A stretch of DNA of 64,000 nt. Origin: an uncultured Gemmatimonadales bacterium. Its GTDB lineage: Bacteria > Gemmatimonadota > Gemmatimonadetes > Longimicrobiales > Gaopeijiaceae. Numbering within the stretch: the stretch's first letter is position 1; the number at the start of each line of letters is the position of its first letter. The translations under genes were made by a program, and so were the position numbers. Shown here in pieces: positions 9,871 through 18,863 of the stretch. The stretch spans positions 480,001 to 544,000 of the forward strand of contig CAWELD010000003.1 of NCBI GenBank assembly GCA_963809895.1, read 5' to 3'. Below the pieces are notes generated by a model. That model was not told the DNA's origin. It did no database searches and was given only the letters and a program-made list of their open reading frames with translations.

Positions 9871-10422
9871 ATGCCGTCGCTGAAGGAAGCCAAGAGCCGC
9901 ATGGACGACGCACTCGACGCGCTGCGCCGGGAGTTTGCCACGGTCCGCACGGGCAAGGCGAACCCATCGCTCCTGGACACGGTGCGGGTGGACGCCTACG
10001 GATCGAAGATGCCGCTGAATCAGGTCGCGACCATCTCCACGCCGGACGCATCGCTCCTTCTCGTCCAGCCCTTCGACCGCAGCCTCATCGGCGATATCGA
10101 ACGGGGTATCCAGATGGCGGACCTGGGCTTGAATCCGGCCAATGACGGGAACGTCATCCGCATTCCCATTCCGCCGCTCACCGAGGAGCGGCGCAGGGAA
10201 TTCGTGAAGCTTCTCCACAAGATGGCCGAAGAGGGTCGGGTCTCGATCCGGCATGCGCGCAAGGTCGCCCGGGACGACATCCAGAACCGCATGAAGGAGC
10301 ACGAGATCGGTGAGGACGCCGGGCATCGTCAGCTGGACGAAGTGGAGCGGCTGACCCACGAGTTCAACGACAAGCTCGAGGAGCTCCTGAAGCGCAAGGA
10401 GCAGGAGGTCATGGCTGTGTGA
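9871..10422 (+). CDS. frr: ribosome recycling factor
   Basis: VRTGKANPSLLD..YGSKMPLNQVA, LGLNPANDG..IPPLTEERR; GGAGGAG RBS. Confidence 0.97.
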   Translation: MPSLKEAKSRMDDALDALRREFATVRTGKANPSLLDTVRVDAYGSKMPLNQVATISTPDASLLLVQPFDRSLIGDIERGIQMADLGLNPANDGNVIRIPIPPLTEERRREFVKLLHKMAEEGRVSIRHARKVARDDIQNRMKEHEIGEDAGHRQLDEVERLTHEFNDKLEELLKRKEQEVMAV

Positions 10423-10442
10423 CAGCCGGACACCCTCGCTCC

Positions 10443-11183
10443 ATGGATTCCCAGCTTCTGGACCGCATCCGGTGTGCGCAGGACATTCCCGCGCACGTGG
10501 CGGTCATCATGGACGGCAACGGACGGTGGGCGCGACAGCGCGGCCTTCCGAGACAGGCGGGACACCGGCAGGGAATGGAGGCGGTGCGCGAGGTGGTGGA
10601 GGGCGCGGTGGAGGTGGGGATCGGCGTGCTGACCCTGTTCGCCTTCAGCACCGAGAACTGGTACCGTCCCAGAGACGAGATCGGCGCCCTCATGGGCCTC
10701 CTGCGCCTCTACGCCGGCAAGGAGCGGCGCTCCCTCCGCCGGCAGGACGTGGAGGTGCACGTGCTGGGCGAGCTCGATCGGCTGGACGACGCCACGCGCA
10801 GGGCCGTGGACGACCTGGTGGCCGGCACCCGCGGAGGACAAACGCTGAGGCTCAACCTCATGATCTCGTACAGCGGTCGGGAGGAGCTCTTGCGGGCTGC
10901 GCGGATTCTGGCGCGCCGAGCGGTGGCTGGCGAGATCGAACCCGACGATCTGGACGAGCAGGACGTGAGCGACGTCCTCTTCACCCGCGACATACCCGAT
11001 CCGGACCTTCTCATCCGGACCTCCGGTGAGCAGCGCATCTCCAACTTCATGCTCTGGCAGCTCGCCTATACGGAGTTGCACACCTCGCCCGTTTTGTGGC
11101 CCGATTTCACGCGTGAGGATCTCTACCGGGCCGTCCTCGATTTCCAGAGTCGGGAGCGGCGCTTCGGCCGCGTGAGCACGTAG
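10443..11183 (+). CDS. uppS: undecaprenyl diphosphate synthase
   Basis: HVAVIMDGNGRWA, FAFSTENWYRP, PDLLIRTSGEQRISNFMLWQ, RERRFG. Confidence 0.97.
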   Translation: MDSQLLDRIRCAQDIPAHVAVIMDGNGRWARQRGLPRQAGHRQGMEAVREVVEGAVEVGIGVLTLFAFSTENWYRPRDEIGALMGLLRLYAGKERRSLRRQDVEVHVLGELDRLDDATRRAVDDLVAGTRGGQTLRLNLMISYSGREELLRAARILARRAVAGEIEPDDLDEQDVSDVLFTRDIPDPDLLIRTSGEQRISNFMLWQLAYTELHTSPVLWPDFTREDLYRAVLDFQSRERRFGRVST

Positions 11184-11191
11184 CGCCCACC

Positions 11192-12076
11192 ATGCCGTCG
11201 CCCAGAGGAGATCTCGCGCGCCGGATGGCGGTGGCCATCGTCGGCATTCCCGTGGTCCTGGGGGCCCTGTACCTGGGCGGGTGGACGCTGGGTGTGCTCA
11301 TGGCGCTGGTGGCCGGCGTGGCCACGGCGGAGTTCTATGCGCTCGGCCGAGCGAGAGGTGCTCGGCCCTTCGCCCTCGTGGGCGTCACGGCCAGCATGGG
11401 CCTCGTCCTCCTGGCCGCTTGGGCCCCGGCCGTCGTGGAGCTGGCGCCGGCGGCCTTCGTGCTGGTCATCGCCTTGGCGCTGGGCCTTCCGGCGCTGTCC
11501 GTGTGGTCACGCTGGCCCGGCGGCACTCCGGCGCAGGACTCGGCCGTCACGCTGCTCGGTGTCCTGTACGTCGGTGGCGCCCTGGCCTTCGTGCCCATCC
11601 TGCGGGCGCTCCCCACCGCCCTGATTCCCGAGCTGGGGAGCCGCTGGTGGGCCGGCGCCTTCGTCCTCTTGCCGCTGCTGGCGACGTGGGCTGGCGACTC
11701 GGCGGCCTACTTCGTGGGCCGGGCCGTGGGCCGACACAAGCTGGCGCCTCTGGCCAGCCCCGGGAAGACGGTGGAAGGGGCGTTGGCGGGGTTGGCGGGC
11801 GCCGCCCTCGCCGGCGCCGCGCTGGTGGGATGGTCCGGGGCGAACCTGGAAGCCCTGAACCTGGGTCCCGTCGCGGGCGCCTGGATGGGGCTGGTGGTGG
11901 GTGCCGCCGCGCAGGTGGGCGATCTCGCCGAGTCGGTTCTGAAGCGAGAGGCCGGGGTGAAGGATTCCGGGCGGCTGCTCCCCGGTCACGGAGGGATGCT
12001 GGACCGGGTCGACTCCCTGCTGTTCGCGTTCCCGGTGACGTGGACGCTCCTGGCCGCCATGGGGATGGCGTCGTGA
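11192..12076 (+). CDS. cdsA: phosphatidate cytidylyltransferase
   Basis: multi-TM; DSAAYFVG, SPGKTVEG, GDLAESVLKR..VKDSG.LLPGHGGMLDRVDS. Confidence 0.96.
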   Translation: MPSPRGDLARRMAVAIVGIPVVLGALYLGGWTLGVLMALVAGVATAEFYALGRARGARPFALVGVTASMGLVLLAAWAPAVVELAPAAFVLVIALALGLPALSVWSRWPGGTPAQDSAVTLLGVLYVGGALAFVPILRALPTALIPELGSRWWAGAFVLLPLLATWAGDSAAYFVGRAVGRHKLAPLASPGKTVEGALAGLAGAALAGAALVGWSGANLEALNLGPVAGAWMGLVVGAAAQVGDLAESVLKREAGVKDSGRLLPGHGGMLDRVDSLLFAFPVTWTLLAAMGMAS

Positions 12077-13242
12077 TCCGGATCGCGATCCTGGGCTCCA
12101 CGGGGTCCATCGGTCGTTCGGCCCTCGAAGTCGTGAGCCGGCATCCCGAGCGATTCCGGGTGGTGGCGCTGTCGGCGCACCGCTCCGTAGGCGTCCTCGC
12201 GGAGCAGGCGCGGCGGGTCCGGCCCGAGGTGGTGGCCGTGGCCGATCCGGAAGCCCCGGGCACCCGGGAAGGGCGCCACGAAGGGGTGGAGTGGTGCTCC
12301 GGGCGCGACGCCGTGGTGGAGCTGGTCCGCCGACCCGATGTCGACGTCGTGGTGAACGCGCTCGTGGGCTCCGCCGGCCTGGAGCCGACGCTGGCGGCCC
12401 TGCAAGCCGGCAAGCGACTCGCACTGGCCAACAAGGAGTCCCTGGTGGCGGGTGGCCCGCTGGTGCTGGAGGCCGCCCGCGCCGGGGGCGGCGAGCTGGT
12501 GCCCATCGACTCCGAGCATTCCGCCATCCTGCAGTGCCTGGAGGGTCGCAGCGTCGACACCGTGGCGCGCCTCGTCCTGACGGCGTCGGGAGGTCCCTTT
12601 CGCGGGTGGAACCCGGAGCGCCTCGCCGACGTACGTCCCTCCGAGGCGTTGCAGCACCCCACCTGGGACATGGGCGCCAAGATCACCATCGATTCGGCGA
12701 CGCTGGCCAACAAGGCGCTGGAGGTGATCGAGGCCCACTTCCTCTACGGCATGAGCTACGACGACATCGACGTGGTGGTGCATCCTCAGTCCATCGTCCA
12801 TTCCTTCGTCGAGTTCGTGGACGGCTCGGTTCTCGCGCAGGTGGGAAACCCCACCATGGAGCTCCCCATCCTGTACGCCCTCAGCTACCCGGAGCGGGTG
12901 GCCGATCACGCGCTCCGCACATACGATCCGGTGGCGACATCGCCCCTCACCTTCGAGGCGATCGACCACGGCTCGTTTCCCATGTTCGGCGTGGGTGTCG
13001 GCGCGGGGCGCCGTGGTGGCCTGGCACCGGCCGTGTTCAACGCGGCCAACGAGGTGGCGGTGCAGGCGTTCCTGCAGGAACGGTTGCGCTTTCCGGACAT
13101 GGCCGCCGTCGTGGAGACCGCGTTGGCACGGGTCGGGGGGGAGGCGGGTACCGTACGAGATGTTCTGGACGCAGACCGGGAGGCTCGGATCGTGGCTGGT
13201 GAGGCCGTGGCCGGGATGACAGCGAGCGGGGGAACGGCATGA
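12073..13242 (+). CDS. dxr: 1-deoxy-D-xylulose 5-phosphate reductoisomerase
   Basis: ILGSTGSIG, LANKESLV, PIDSEHSA, HPTWDMGAKITIDSAT, NAANEVAV; GTGA overlap with cdsA. Confidence 0.97.
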   Translation: MIRIAILGSTGSIGRSALEVVSRHPERFRVVALSAHRSVGVLAEQARRVRPEVVAVADPEAPGTREGRHEGVEWCSGRDAVVELVRRPDVDVVVNALVGSAGLEPTLAALQAGKRLALANKESLVAGGPLVLEAARAGGGELVPIDSEHSAILQCLEGRSVDTVARLVLTASGGPFRGWNPERLADVRPSEALQHPTWDMGAKITIDSATLANKALEVIEAHFLYGMSYDDIDVVVHPQSIVHSFVEFVDGSVLAQVGNPTMELPILYALSYPERVADHALRTYDPVATSPLTFEAIDHGSFPMFGVGVGAGRRGGLAPAVFNAANEVAVQAFLQERLRFPDMAAVVETALARVGGEAGTVRDVLDADREARIVAGEAVAGMTASGGTA

Positions 13243-14598
13243 CAATCGTCGCCACCATCATCTTGCTGGGCGTGCTGATCTTCGTGCACGAGCTGGGGCA
13301 CTTCGCCGCCGCCAAGGCGGTGGGCGTGGAGGTGCAGCGCTTCTCCATCGGTCTCGGACCCCGCCTCTGGGGCGTGCGCCGGGGAGAGACCGAATACGTC
13401 ATCTCCGCCATCCCCCTGGGTGGGTACGTGAAGATGGGCGGCATGGACGACGAGGTCATGGAGCGACTCGAAGGAGGCGCCCCCGACGAGCCGCGCACGC
13501 CCGGTCCCCGGGACTTCGACGCCAAGCCTCTGTGGGCCCGGGCGTTCGTCATCTCGGCCGGCGTCATCATGAACATGCTGTTCGCCTTCGCGACCTACAC
13601 CTTCGTCGCCGGCGTGTGGGGATTCCAGGATTTCGCCACCAACCGTGTGGCCGAGGTGCGCACGTCGGTGCTGCCCGACGGCACCGAGGCGCTGGGCACG
13701 ATTCCTCCGGGCGCTCGGGTCGTCGGGGTGAACGACGTCTCGGTGGAGACCTGGGCCGATCTCCGTGAGGCGTTCATGAATGCGCCCGTGGGCGATGCGC
13801 GGGTGACCCTGGCCGATCCGGCCAGGACCCTCCAGATCCAGGTGCCGGCCAGCGAGGCAGCCCGGCAGCGCATGATGGCCGCCATGGCCCCGTGGGTGGA
13901 GGCGGAGCTCGGGAGCGTCAATCCCGGCTCCCCGGCGGCCAAGGGGGGGCTCGAGGCCGGCGACCGCATCGAGCAGGTGGACGGTGAGCCCATCGCCAAC
14001 TGGTACGCGTTCGTGCGGGCCATCCAGTCCCGACCCAGCGAGCGCACCGGAGATCCAGGTCGATCGAGACGGCACGCGGCTCACCCGCGTCGTGACGCCC
14101 GAGCCCACCAGCCAGCAGGACCCGGTGACCGGCGAGGACCGCAGGGTGGGTGCCATCGGCGTGGCCATCCCCCTGACGGACATGGTCCACTCCCACGCGG
14201 CGCCCCTGGACGCGCTTCGCTACGGGTGGAACCAGACGGTGGCGATCACGGCGACGATCCTCGGGTTCCTGCGCGACCTCGTGTCGGGTGGGGTGTCGCC
14301 CCGTTCGGTGGGGAGCATCGTCACCATCGGAGAGGCCTCGGGTCAGGCGGCGGCCGCCGGCATCGAGATGTTCCTGCAGTTCATGGCGCTTTTCTCCGTC
14401 AACCTGGCGGTCCTGAACCTGCTTCCCATCCCGGTGCTCGACGGAGGACATCTCCTCTTCCTGGCCATCGAGGGGGTGCGCGGTCGTGCGCTGTCGGTGG
14501 AGCAGCGGCTGCGCTGGTCCAACGTGGGATTCCTGATCGTCATGGGGATCATGCTGTGGGCGCTGGGGAACGACGTGCTCAGGCTGTTCGGCCTGTAG
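13239..14598 (+). pseudogene. rseP: RIP metalloprotease RseP, split by a +1 frameshift at ~14047-14050 (possibly an assembly error)
   Basis: HELGH, AIPLGGYVKM and two PDZ domains in the 13239 frame; NLAVLNLLPIPVLDGGHL in the 13984-14598 frame; frames join at CGCACCGGAGATC. Confidence 0.9.
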
Positions 14599-14618
14599 CC
14601 ACCGGCGCCCTCACGGGA

Positions 14619-15440
14619 TCACAGGAAGCTCAGCTGCGGAGGACCGGCGCTCCGGTGCAGGGCCTCCACGTCCATGGGGCCGGTGGGCTCGTCCTGACCG
14701 GCCACCGCCAGCACGCCCTGCCAACCGGCGTCACGGAGGGCACGACCCACGACGTCGCGGGCGAGCTCGGGGTGGTTGGACTCGTGGGACAGGTGGGCGA
14801 GCACCACCGCCACCAGCCGCGGATGGAGGAGCTCGAGGACGAAGCGGGCGGCCGCCTCGTTGGACAGGTGGCCGTGGCTCGAGCGGATGCGCGCTTTCAC
14901 CGACCACGGATACGGGGCCTGCTGGAGCAGGACCTCGTCGTGGTTGGCTTCCAGGATCAGCGCGTCACACCCCGACAGGGCGTGGCGGATCTGCTCGGTG
15001 GGTCGCCCCAGGTCGGTGGCGAGGCCCAGGCGCAGGCTGCGGCGCTCGTCCACCACGGCCACACCCACCGGGTCGGCGGCGTCGTGCACCGTGAGAAAGG
15101 GCTCGATGCGCAGACCTCCGATCCGGAACGGGCGCCCGGGCCGGTACGAGACCACACGCTCGTGACCCCGCAGCAGGCGGTCGCAGGCTTCGCGGGTGCG
15201 GTCGGAGAGGTACAGCGGCGTGCCGTGCCTGCGCGCGAAGACCCCCATGCCCCGGGTGTGGTCGCCGTGATCGTGGGTCACCACGATGCCGTGGAGGTCG
15301 TCGGGGTCGACGCCGATGCTCTCGAGACGGCGAGCCAGGGATCGGGCGCTGAAGCCCGCATCCACGAGGATGCGGGTTCCGTCTGCTTCCACCAGCGTGG
15401 CGTTTCCCCGGCTACCGCTCCCGAGCACCGCGAACTTCAC
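14619..15440 (-). CDS. MBL-fold metallo-hydrolase (YycJ/WalJ-like)
   Basis: LGSGSRGNA, LVDAG, THDHGDH, HDAADP, LEANHD, GHLSN, LAHLS..N. Confidence 0.9.
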   Translation of the reverse strand: MKFAVLGSGSRGNATLVEADGTRILVDAGFSARSLARRLESIGVDPDDLHGIVVTHDHGDHTRGMGVFARRHGTPLYLSDRTREACDRLLRGHERVVSYRPGRPFRIGGLRIEPFLTVHDAADPVGVAVVDERRSLRLGLATDLGRPTEQIRHALSGCDALILEANHDEVLLQQAPYPWSVKARIRSSHGHLSNEAAARFVLELLHPRLVAVVLAHLSHESNHPELARDVVGRALRDAGWQGVLAVAGQDEPTGPMDVEALHRSAGPPQLSFL

Positions 15441-16651
15441 GGTGTTCCGTGCTCCCCTCGCCAGGCCCGCTCCAGGGCCGCCAGGACTCCGGGGGTGAGA
15501 TTCTGGCCACGTCGGGACATGGCGGCTCGGGCCACCTCGACGAACTTGTCCAGCCGGTAGGGGACCAGGCCGTCGGCGCCTCCCCAGGAGAAGGGCGGCA
15601 CGCGGCGAGGAGCCGTCCCGCCGCCGAAGAGGTTGGAGCCCGCGCCCACCACGGCGCCGGTGGTGAGGAGCGTACCGATGCCGGTCTTGACGTGGTCGCC
15701 GAGGAACACGCCCACCTTGAGCAGACCGGTGTCCTCCTCGCCGTCGGGGAGCTCGATCCGAACCGCCGAGTAGCTGTTCTTGAGGTCCGAGTTCGTGGTG
15801 AGGGCGCCCAGATTGACCCAGCGACCCACCAGGGCGTGGCCCAGGTAGCCGTCGTGGGCCTTGTTCACGTAACCCAGGAGAACCGCGCAGTCCACCTCAC
15901 CACGGAGACGGCACACCGGGCCGGCCGAAAGCCGCGCCAGTGATCCCCCGTGCACACGGGTGTGCGCCCCCAGGTGCAACGGACCCACCAGGCGCCCGGG
16001 CCCTTCGACGTGGACCCCCTCCTCCAGGCGGATGGGGCCCCCGCGCGTGTCCAGCACGACACCGGCTTCGACGTGGGCCCCCGCCGCCATGGACAGCGCG
16101 TGGTCACCCAGGCGCACCGTGGCGCCCGGTGTGCCGGCATCGTCGTCACCGTAGAGCGCTTCCAGGTCTTCGGCGAGACGGCGCGTGTTGCGGGCCACCA
16201 GGGTCCAGGGCCAGTCCAGGATCTCGCCCTCGACCTCGCGCGCGGGGCCGGTGGTGTGACCCGTGGGATCGTCGAGGGCGGCGGACGGGGGAGCCGGCTG
16301 TCCGGCCGGGACCACCCAGCCCACCGTGGTGTCGCCGACCCGCAGGGTGGTAGGCTCCGGATCCCTGGGGATGTCGAGTCTCGACAGGCACACGGCGCGG
16401 CTGGACCAGAAGACCCGAGCCCGGTCCGTGGGCGCGGCCCCGCGCGAGCCCGCCTGCGGCGCCCCGTCTTCGTCCCACCCCTCGAGGCGCGTTCCAGCGA
16501 GGTGAAGCACACAGGGAAGGGACAACGCACGCTCCACGCGCTCGCGCAGGAGAAAGGCGCCGTAGCGGAGCTCGCCCACGGGGCGCGTGTCCGCGAACGG
16601 CGCCCAGCGCCGGGCCCGCACGTCGTCGAAGAGGATCAGATCCGTGGTCAA
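15437..16651 (-). CDS. GlmU-like putative sugar nucleotidyltransferase/acyltransferase (N-terminal domain plus left-handed beta-helix)
   Basis: PFADTRPVGELRYG, hexapeptide repeats, NKAHDGYLGHALVGRWVNLGALTTNSDLKN, GDHVKTGIGT; TTG start overlaps the manC stop. Confidence 0.85.
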   Translation of the reverse strand: MTTDLILFDDVRARRWAPFADTRPVGELRYGAFLLRERVERALSLPCVLHLAGTRLEGWDEDGAPQAGSRGAAPTDRARVFWSSRAVCLSRLDIPRDPEPTTLRVGDTTVGWVVPAGQPAPPSAALDDPTGHTTGPAREVEGEILDWPWTLVARNTRRLAEDLEALYGDDDAGTPGATVRLGDHALSMAAGAHVEAGVVLDTRGGPIRLEEGVHVEGPGRLVGPLHLGAHTRVHGGSLARLSAGPVCRLRGEVDCAVLLGYVNKAHDGYLGHALVGRWVNLGALTTNSDLKNSYSAVRIELPDGEEDTGLLKVGVFLGDHVKTGIGTLLTTGAVVGAGSNLFGGGTAPRRVPPFSWGGADGLVPYRLDKFVEVARAAMSRRGQNLTPGVLAALERAWRGEHGTP

Positions 16652-17742
16652 GGCGTGTCGCTCCCGCCGTCGGGCGCACGCAGCAGGTCGTCGGGAAGTT
16701 GCTCGAGCAGGACCTTGAGATCCGGTGCGCGCTCCCGTCGAGTGACCAGGGTGACCCCTGCGGTCCGCACGACCACGAGGTCGTCCACGTCGAAGAGCAC
16801 GACGGCGCCGTCGTCGGCGTAGGTCACGTTGTCGCGGGCGTCCACGCACACGGCCCGTCCCAGGGAGACGTTGCCGCACGCATCGGCGTTCCGGGTCCGC
16901 GCCAGCGCCTCCCAGTTGCCCACGTCGTCCCACGTGAAGGTGCACGGAATGGACGCGACGCGCCGGCTCCGTTCCAGGACGGCCACGTCCACCGTGACGG
17001 ACGGGCAGGCCTCGAAGAAGCCGTCCACGTCGTTCCGGTCCAGGAGAGACAGGTGAGTGGCCACCTCCGGCGCGTGCTGCCGAACCTCGTCCAGAAACGT
17101 GTCCGCCCTCCAGATGAAGATCCCCGTGTTCCACAGGTAGCCTTCGGCCACGTAGCGGCCCGCGGTCTCCACGTCGGGCTTCTCGTGGAAGGCCGCCACG
17201 CGCACGGCGGATCCCTTTCCGGGCTCGACCGCCTCTCCCGGCTGGATGTAGCCGTATCCGGTCTCGGGCCGGTCCGGCACCGCGCCCACCGTAACCAGGA
17301 GGCGGTGAGCGCTGGCGAGAGTGGCCGCCTCCCGCAGCAGGGCGAGGAAGGCCGGCTCGGGCCGGACCAGGTGGTCGGCGTGGAGCGAGATGAGAACCGC
17401 GTCGGGATCGTCGCGCAGCAACGCGTGGGCGGCCCAGGCCAGCACCGGCGCGGTGCCGCGAGCCGTGGGCTCCACCAGGAACGACCCTTCGTCCAGCTCG
17501 GGAAGCACGCTTCGGAACGGACCCACCAGATGGCGTCCGGTGAGGATGCGCACGCGTCGGTCCGGGACCAGGCCCCGCGCCCGCTCCACCGTGTCCACGA
17601 TCAGCGGGCGCGCGGAGGCCAGGGGCAGGAGCTGCTTGGGGCGTGATGGCGTGCTGGCGGGCCAGAAGCGGGACCCGATGCCTCCGGCGAGGATGGTGAC
17701 CCAGGCGTGGTCAGCGGGCCAGGAGCTCTCGGATGCGGGCAA
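16648..17742 (-). CDS. manC: mannose-1-phosphate guanylyltransferase
   Basis: ILAGGIGSRFWPAS..PKQLL, EPTARGTAP, PETGYGYI, FHEKPD, WNTGIF, WDDVGNW. Confidence 0.93.
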   Translation of the reverse strand: MPASESSWPADHAWVTILAGGIGSRFWPASTPSRPKQLLPLASARPLIVDTVERARGLVPDRRVRILTGRHLVGPFRSVLPELDEGSFLVEPTARGTAPVLAWAAHALLRDDPDAVLISLHADHLVRPEPAFLALLREAATLASAHRLLVTVGAVPDRPETGYGYIQPGEAVEPGKGSAVRVAAFHEKPDVETAGRYVAEGYLWNTGIFIWRADTFLDEVRQHAPEVATHLSLLDRNDVDGFFEACPSVTVDVAVLERSRRVASIPCTFTWDDVGNWEALARTRNADACGNVSLGRAVCVDARDNVTYADDGAVVLFDVDDLVVVRTAGVTLVTRRERAPDLKVLLEQLPDDLLRAPDGGSDTP

Positions 17743-18112
17743 GGAGCTTCTTCGGGCTGAAGGGCTTGGTGACGAAATCGGCGGCGCCGAGGGCGAAGGC
17801 CCTCTCCCGGTCGGCGTCCTGTCCCTTGGCGGTGAGAATGACCACCGGGAGGTCGGCCCGGAAGGGTAACCCGGGCAACTCGGCCAGAACCTCGAGGCCG
17901 GTGTATCCGGGCATCATGAGATCCAGCAGGACCAGGTCGTAGGGCCGGTCCTGGTCGCGCAGACGCTCCAGGGCCTCGATCCCGTCCGACGCCGAATCCA
18001 CATCGAAGGAAGCCGTCTCCAGCAGGGTGGCGAGGACGCGTCGAATGTGCGGCTCGTCGTCTGCCACCAGGACGTGAGGCCTGCCGGAGCGGTCTTCGTC
18101 GGATGGATCCAT
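17711..18112 (-). CDS. single-domain response regulator (CheY-like)
   Basis: VLVADDE, DLVLLDLMMP (phospho-Asp), ILTAKG, FVTKPFS. Confidence 0.92.
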   Translation of the reverse strand: MDPSDEDRSGRPHVLVADDEPHIRRVLATLLETASFDVDSASDGIEALERLRDQDRPYDLVLLDLMMPGYTGLEVLAELPGLPFRADLPVVILTAKGQDADRERAFALGAADFVTKPFSPKKLLARIRELLAR

Positions 18113-18149
18113 GCGAGTCTCCCTTTACGCTCCGGATCGACGGCGCGGG

Positions 18150-18178
18150 AACCTACCCGCGGGGTGGTGTAAAGTCAA
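18150..18178 (-). promoter_or_regulatory. sigma70-type promoter of the response regulator-manC operon
   Basis: minus strand TTGACT, 17 bp, TAGGTT. Confidence 0.65.
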
Positions 18179-18200
18179 GCAACGCCGCGGCTTTTCGGGG

Positions 18201-18230
18201 TTGACACTTCTCGCTCTGCTCCGGTAGTCT
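18201..18230 (+). promoter_or_regulatory. divergent sigma70-type promoter of lipoprotein-serS
   Basis: TTGACA, 18 bp, TAGTCT. Confidence 0.65.
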
Positions 18231-18275
18231 TGTCCCTCCCTTTCGGGTTCTGTTCTGATGATATCGGGTCCGTCC

Positions 18276-18851
18276 ATGACGTTCCGAACTCGCCGCGCGC
18301 TGCCGGCGCTGCTGGCCCTGCTCGTCGCTGCCGCCTCGCTGGGCGCCTGCAACGACGATCCTTTCGGGCTGGGCAACTGGGTGGCCTCTCCAGACACCCT
18401 CGTTCTGTATTCCCTGGCTCGGCCCGAGCTCAACCGGCCGTCGGGCGTGAATTTCTACAACAAGCGGACGCTCATCATCGAGTCGCCGTCCGCCACGGGT
18501 CAGTGGGATCTCGCCCTGGACACGCGTGAAGGAGAGCTGGTCTTCCTCACGCCGTTGGCGTTGGGCATCACTTCGCGCGCTCGCATCGCGAGCTTTCCCA
18601 ACATGCACTTCGACGACCTCACCAAGGCGCCCTCGGACACCACGGCCTACGTGGCCGACGAGCCGGTGCCGGTGGAGCTGAACACGGTCTACGTCGTGCG
18701 CACCAACCAGTACACGGGCACGTACGGCCAGCGCTGTGTCTACTACGCAAAGCTCGAGCCGCTGGTCCTGGACGTGGAGCAGGGCACCGTCCGCTTCGTC
18801 GTGGACTCGAACCCGATCTGCAACCAGCGCGACCTGGTTCCCCCGAACTAG
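18276..18851 (+). CDS. hypothetical lipoprotein (weak HmuY-like features)
   Basis: lipobox LGAC after a hydrophobic signal; WDLALD and YYAKL motifs; two further Cys. Confidence 0.75.
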   Translation: MTFRTRRALPALLALLVAAASLGACNDDPFGLGNWVASPDTLVLYSLARPELNRPSGVNFYNKRTLIIESPSATGQWDLALDTREGELVFLTPLALGITSRARIASFPNMHFDDLTKAPSDTTAYVADEPVPVELNTVYVVRTNQYTGTYGQRCVYYAKLEPLVLDVEQGTVRFVVDSNPICNQRDLVPPN

Positions 18852-18863
18852 CGCTGCCAGCCC

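Noticed and set aside
11281..12072. N-terminal extension of Dxr, and similar extensions on MurA, FolC, the GlmU-like protein, the NadE-like protein and RlmI
   Set aside because: Upstream open frames overlap neighbouring genes; homology begins at downstream coupled starts.
14040..14056. Programmed ribosomal frameshift in rseP
   Set aside because: No slippery sequence or evident stimulatory element; an indel is more parsimonious.
13239..15560. 773-aa RseP fusion protein
   Set aside because: Product of the frameshift at ~14049; the remainder is out-of-frame rseP and antisense MBL sequence.
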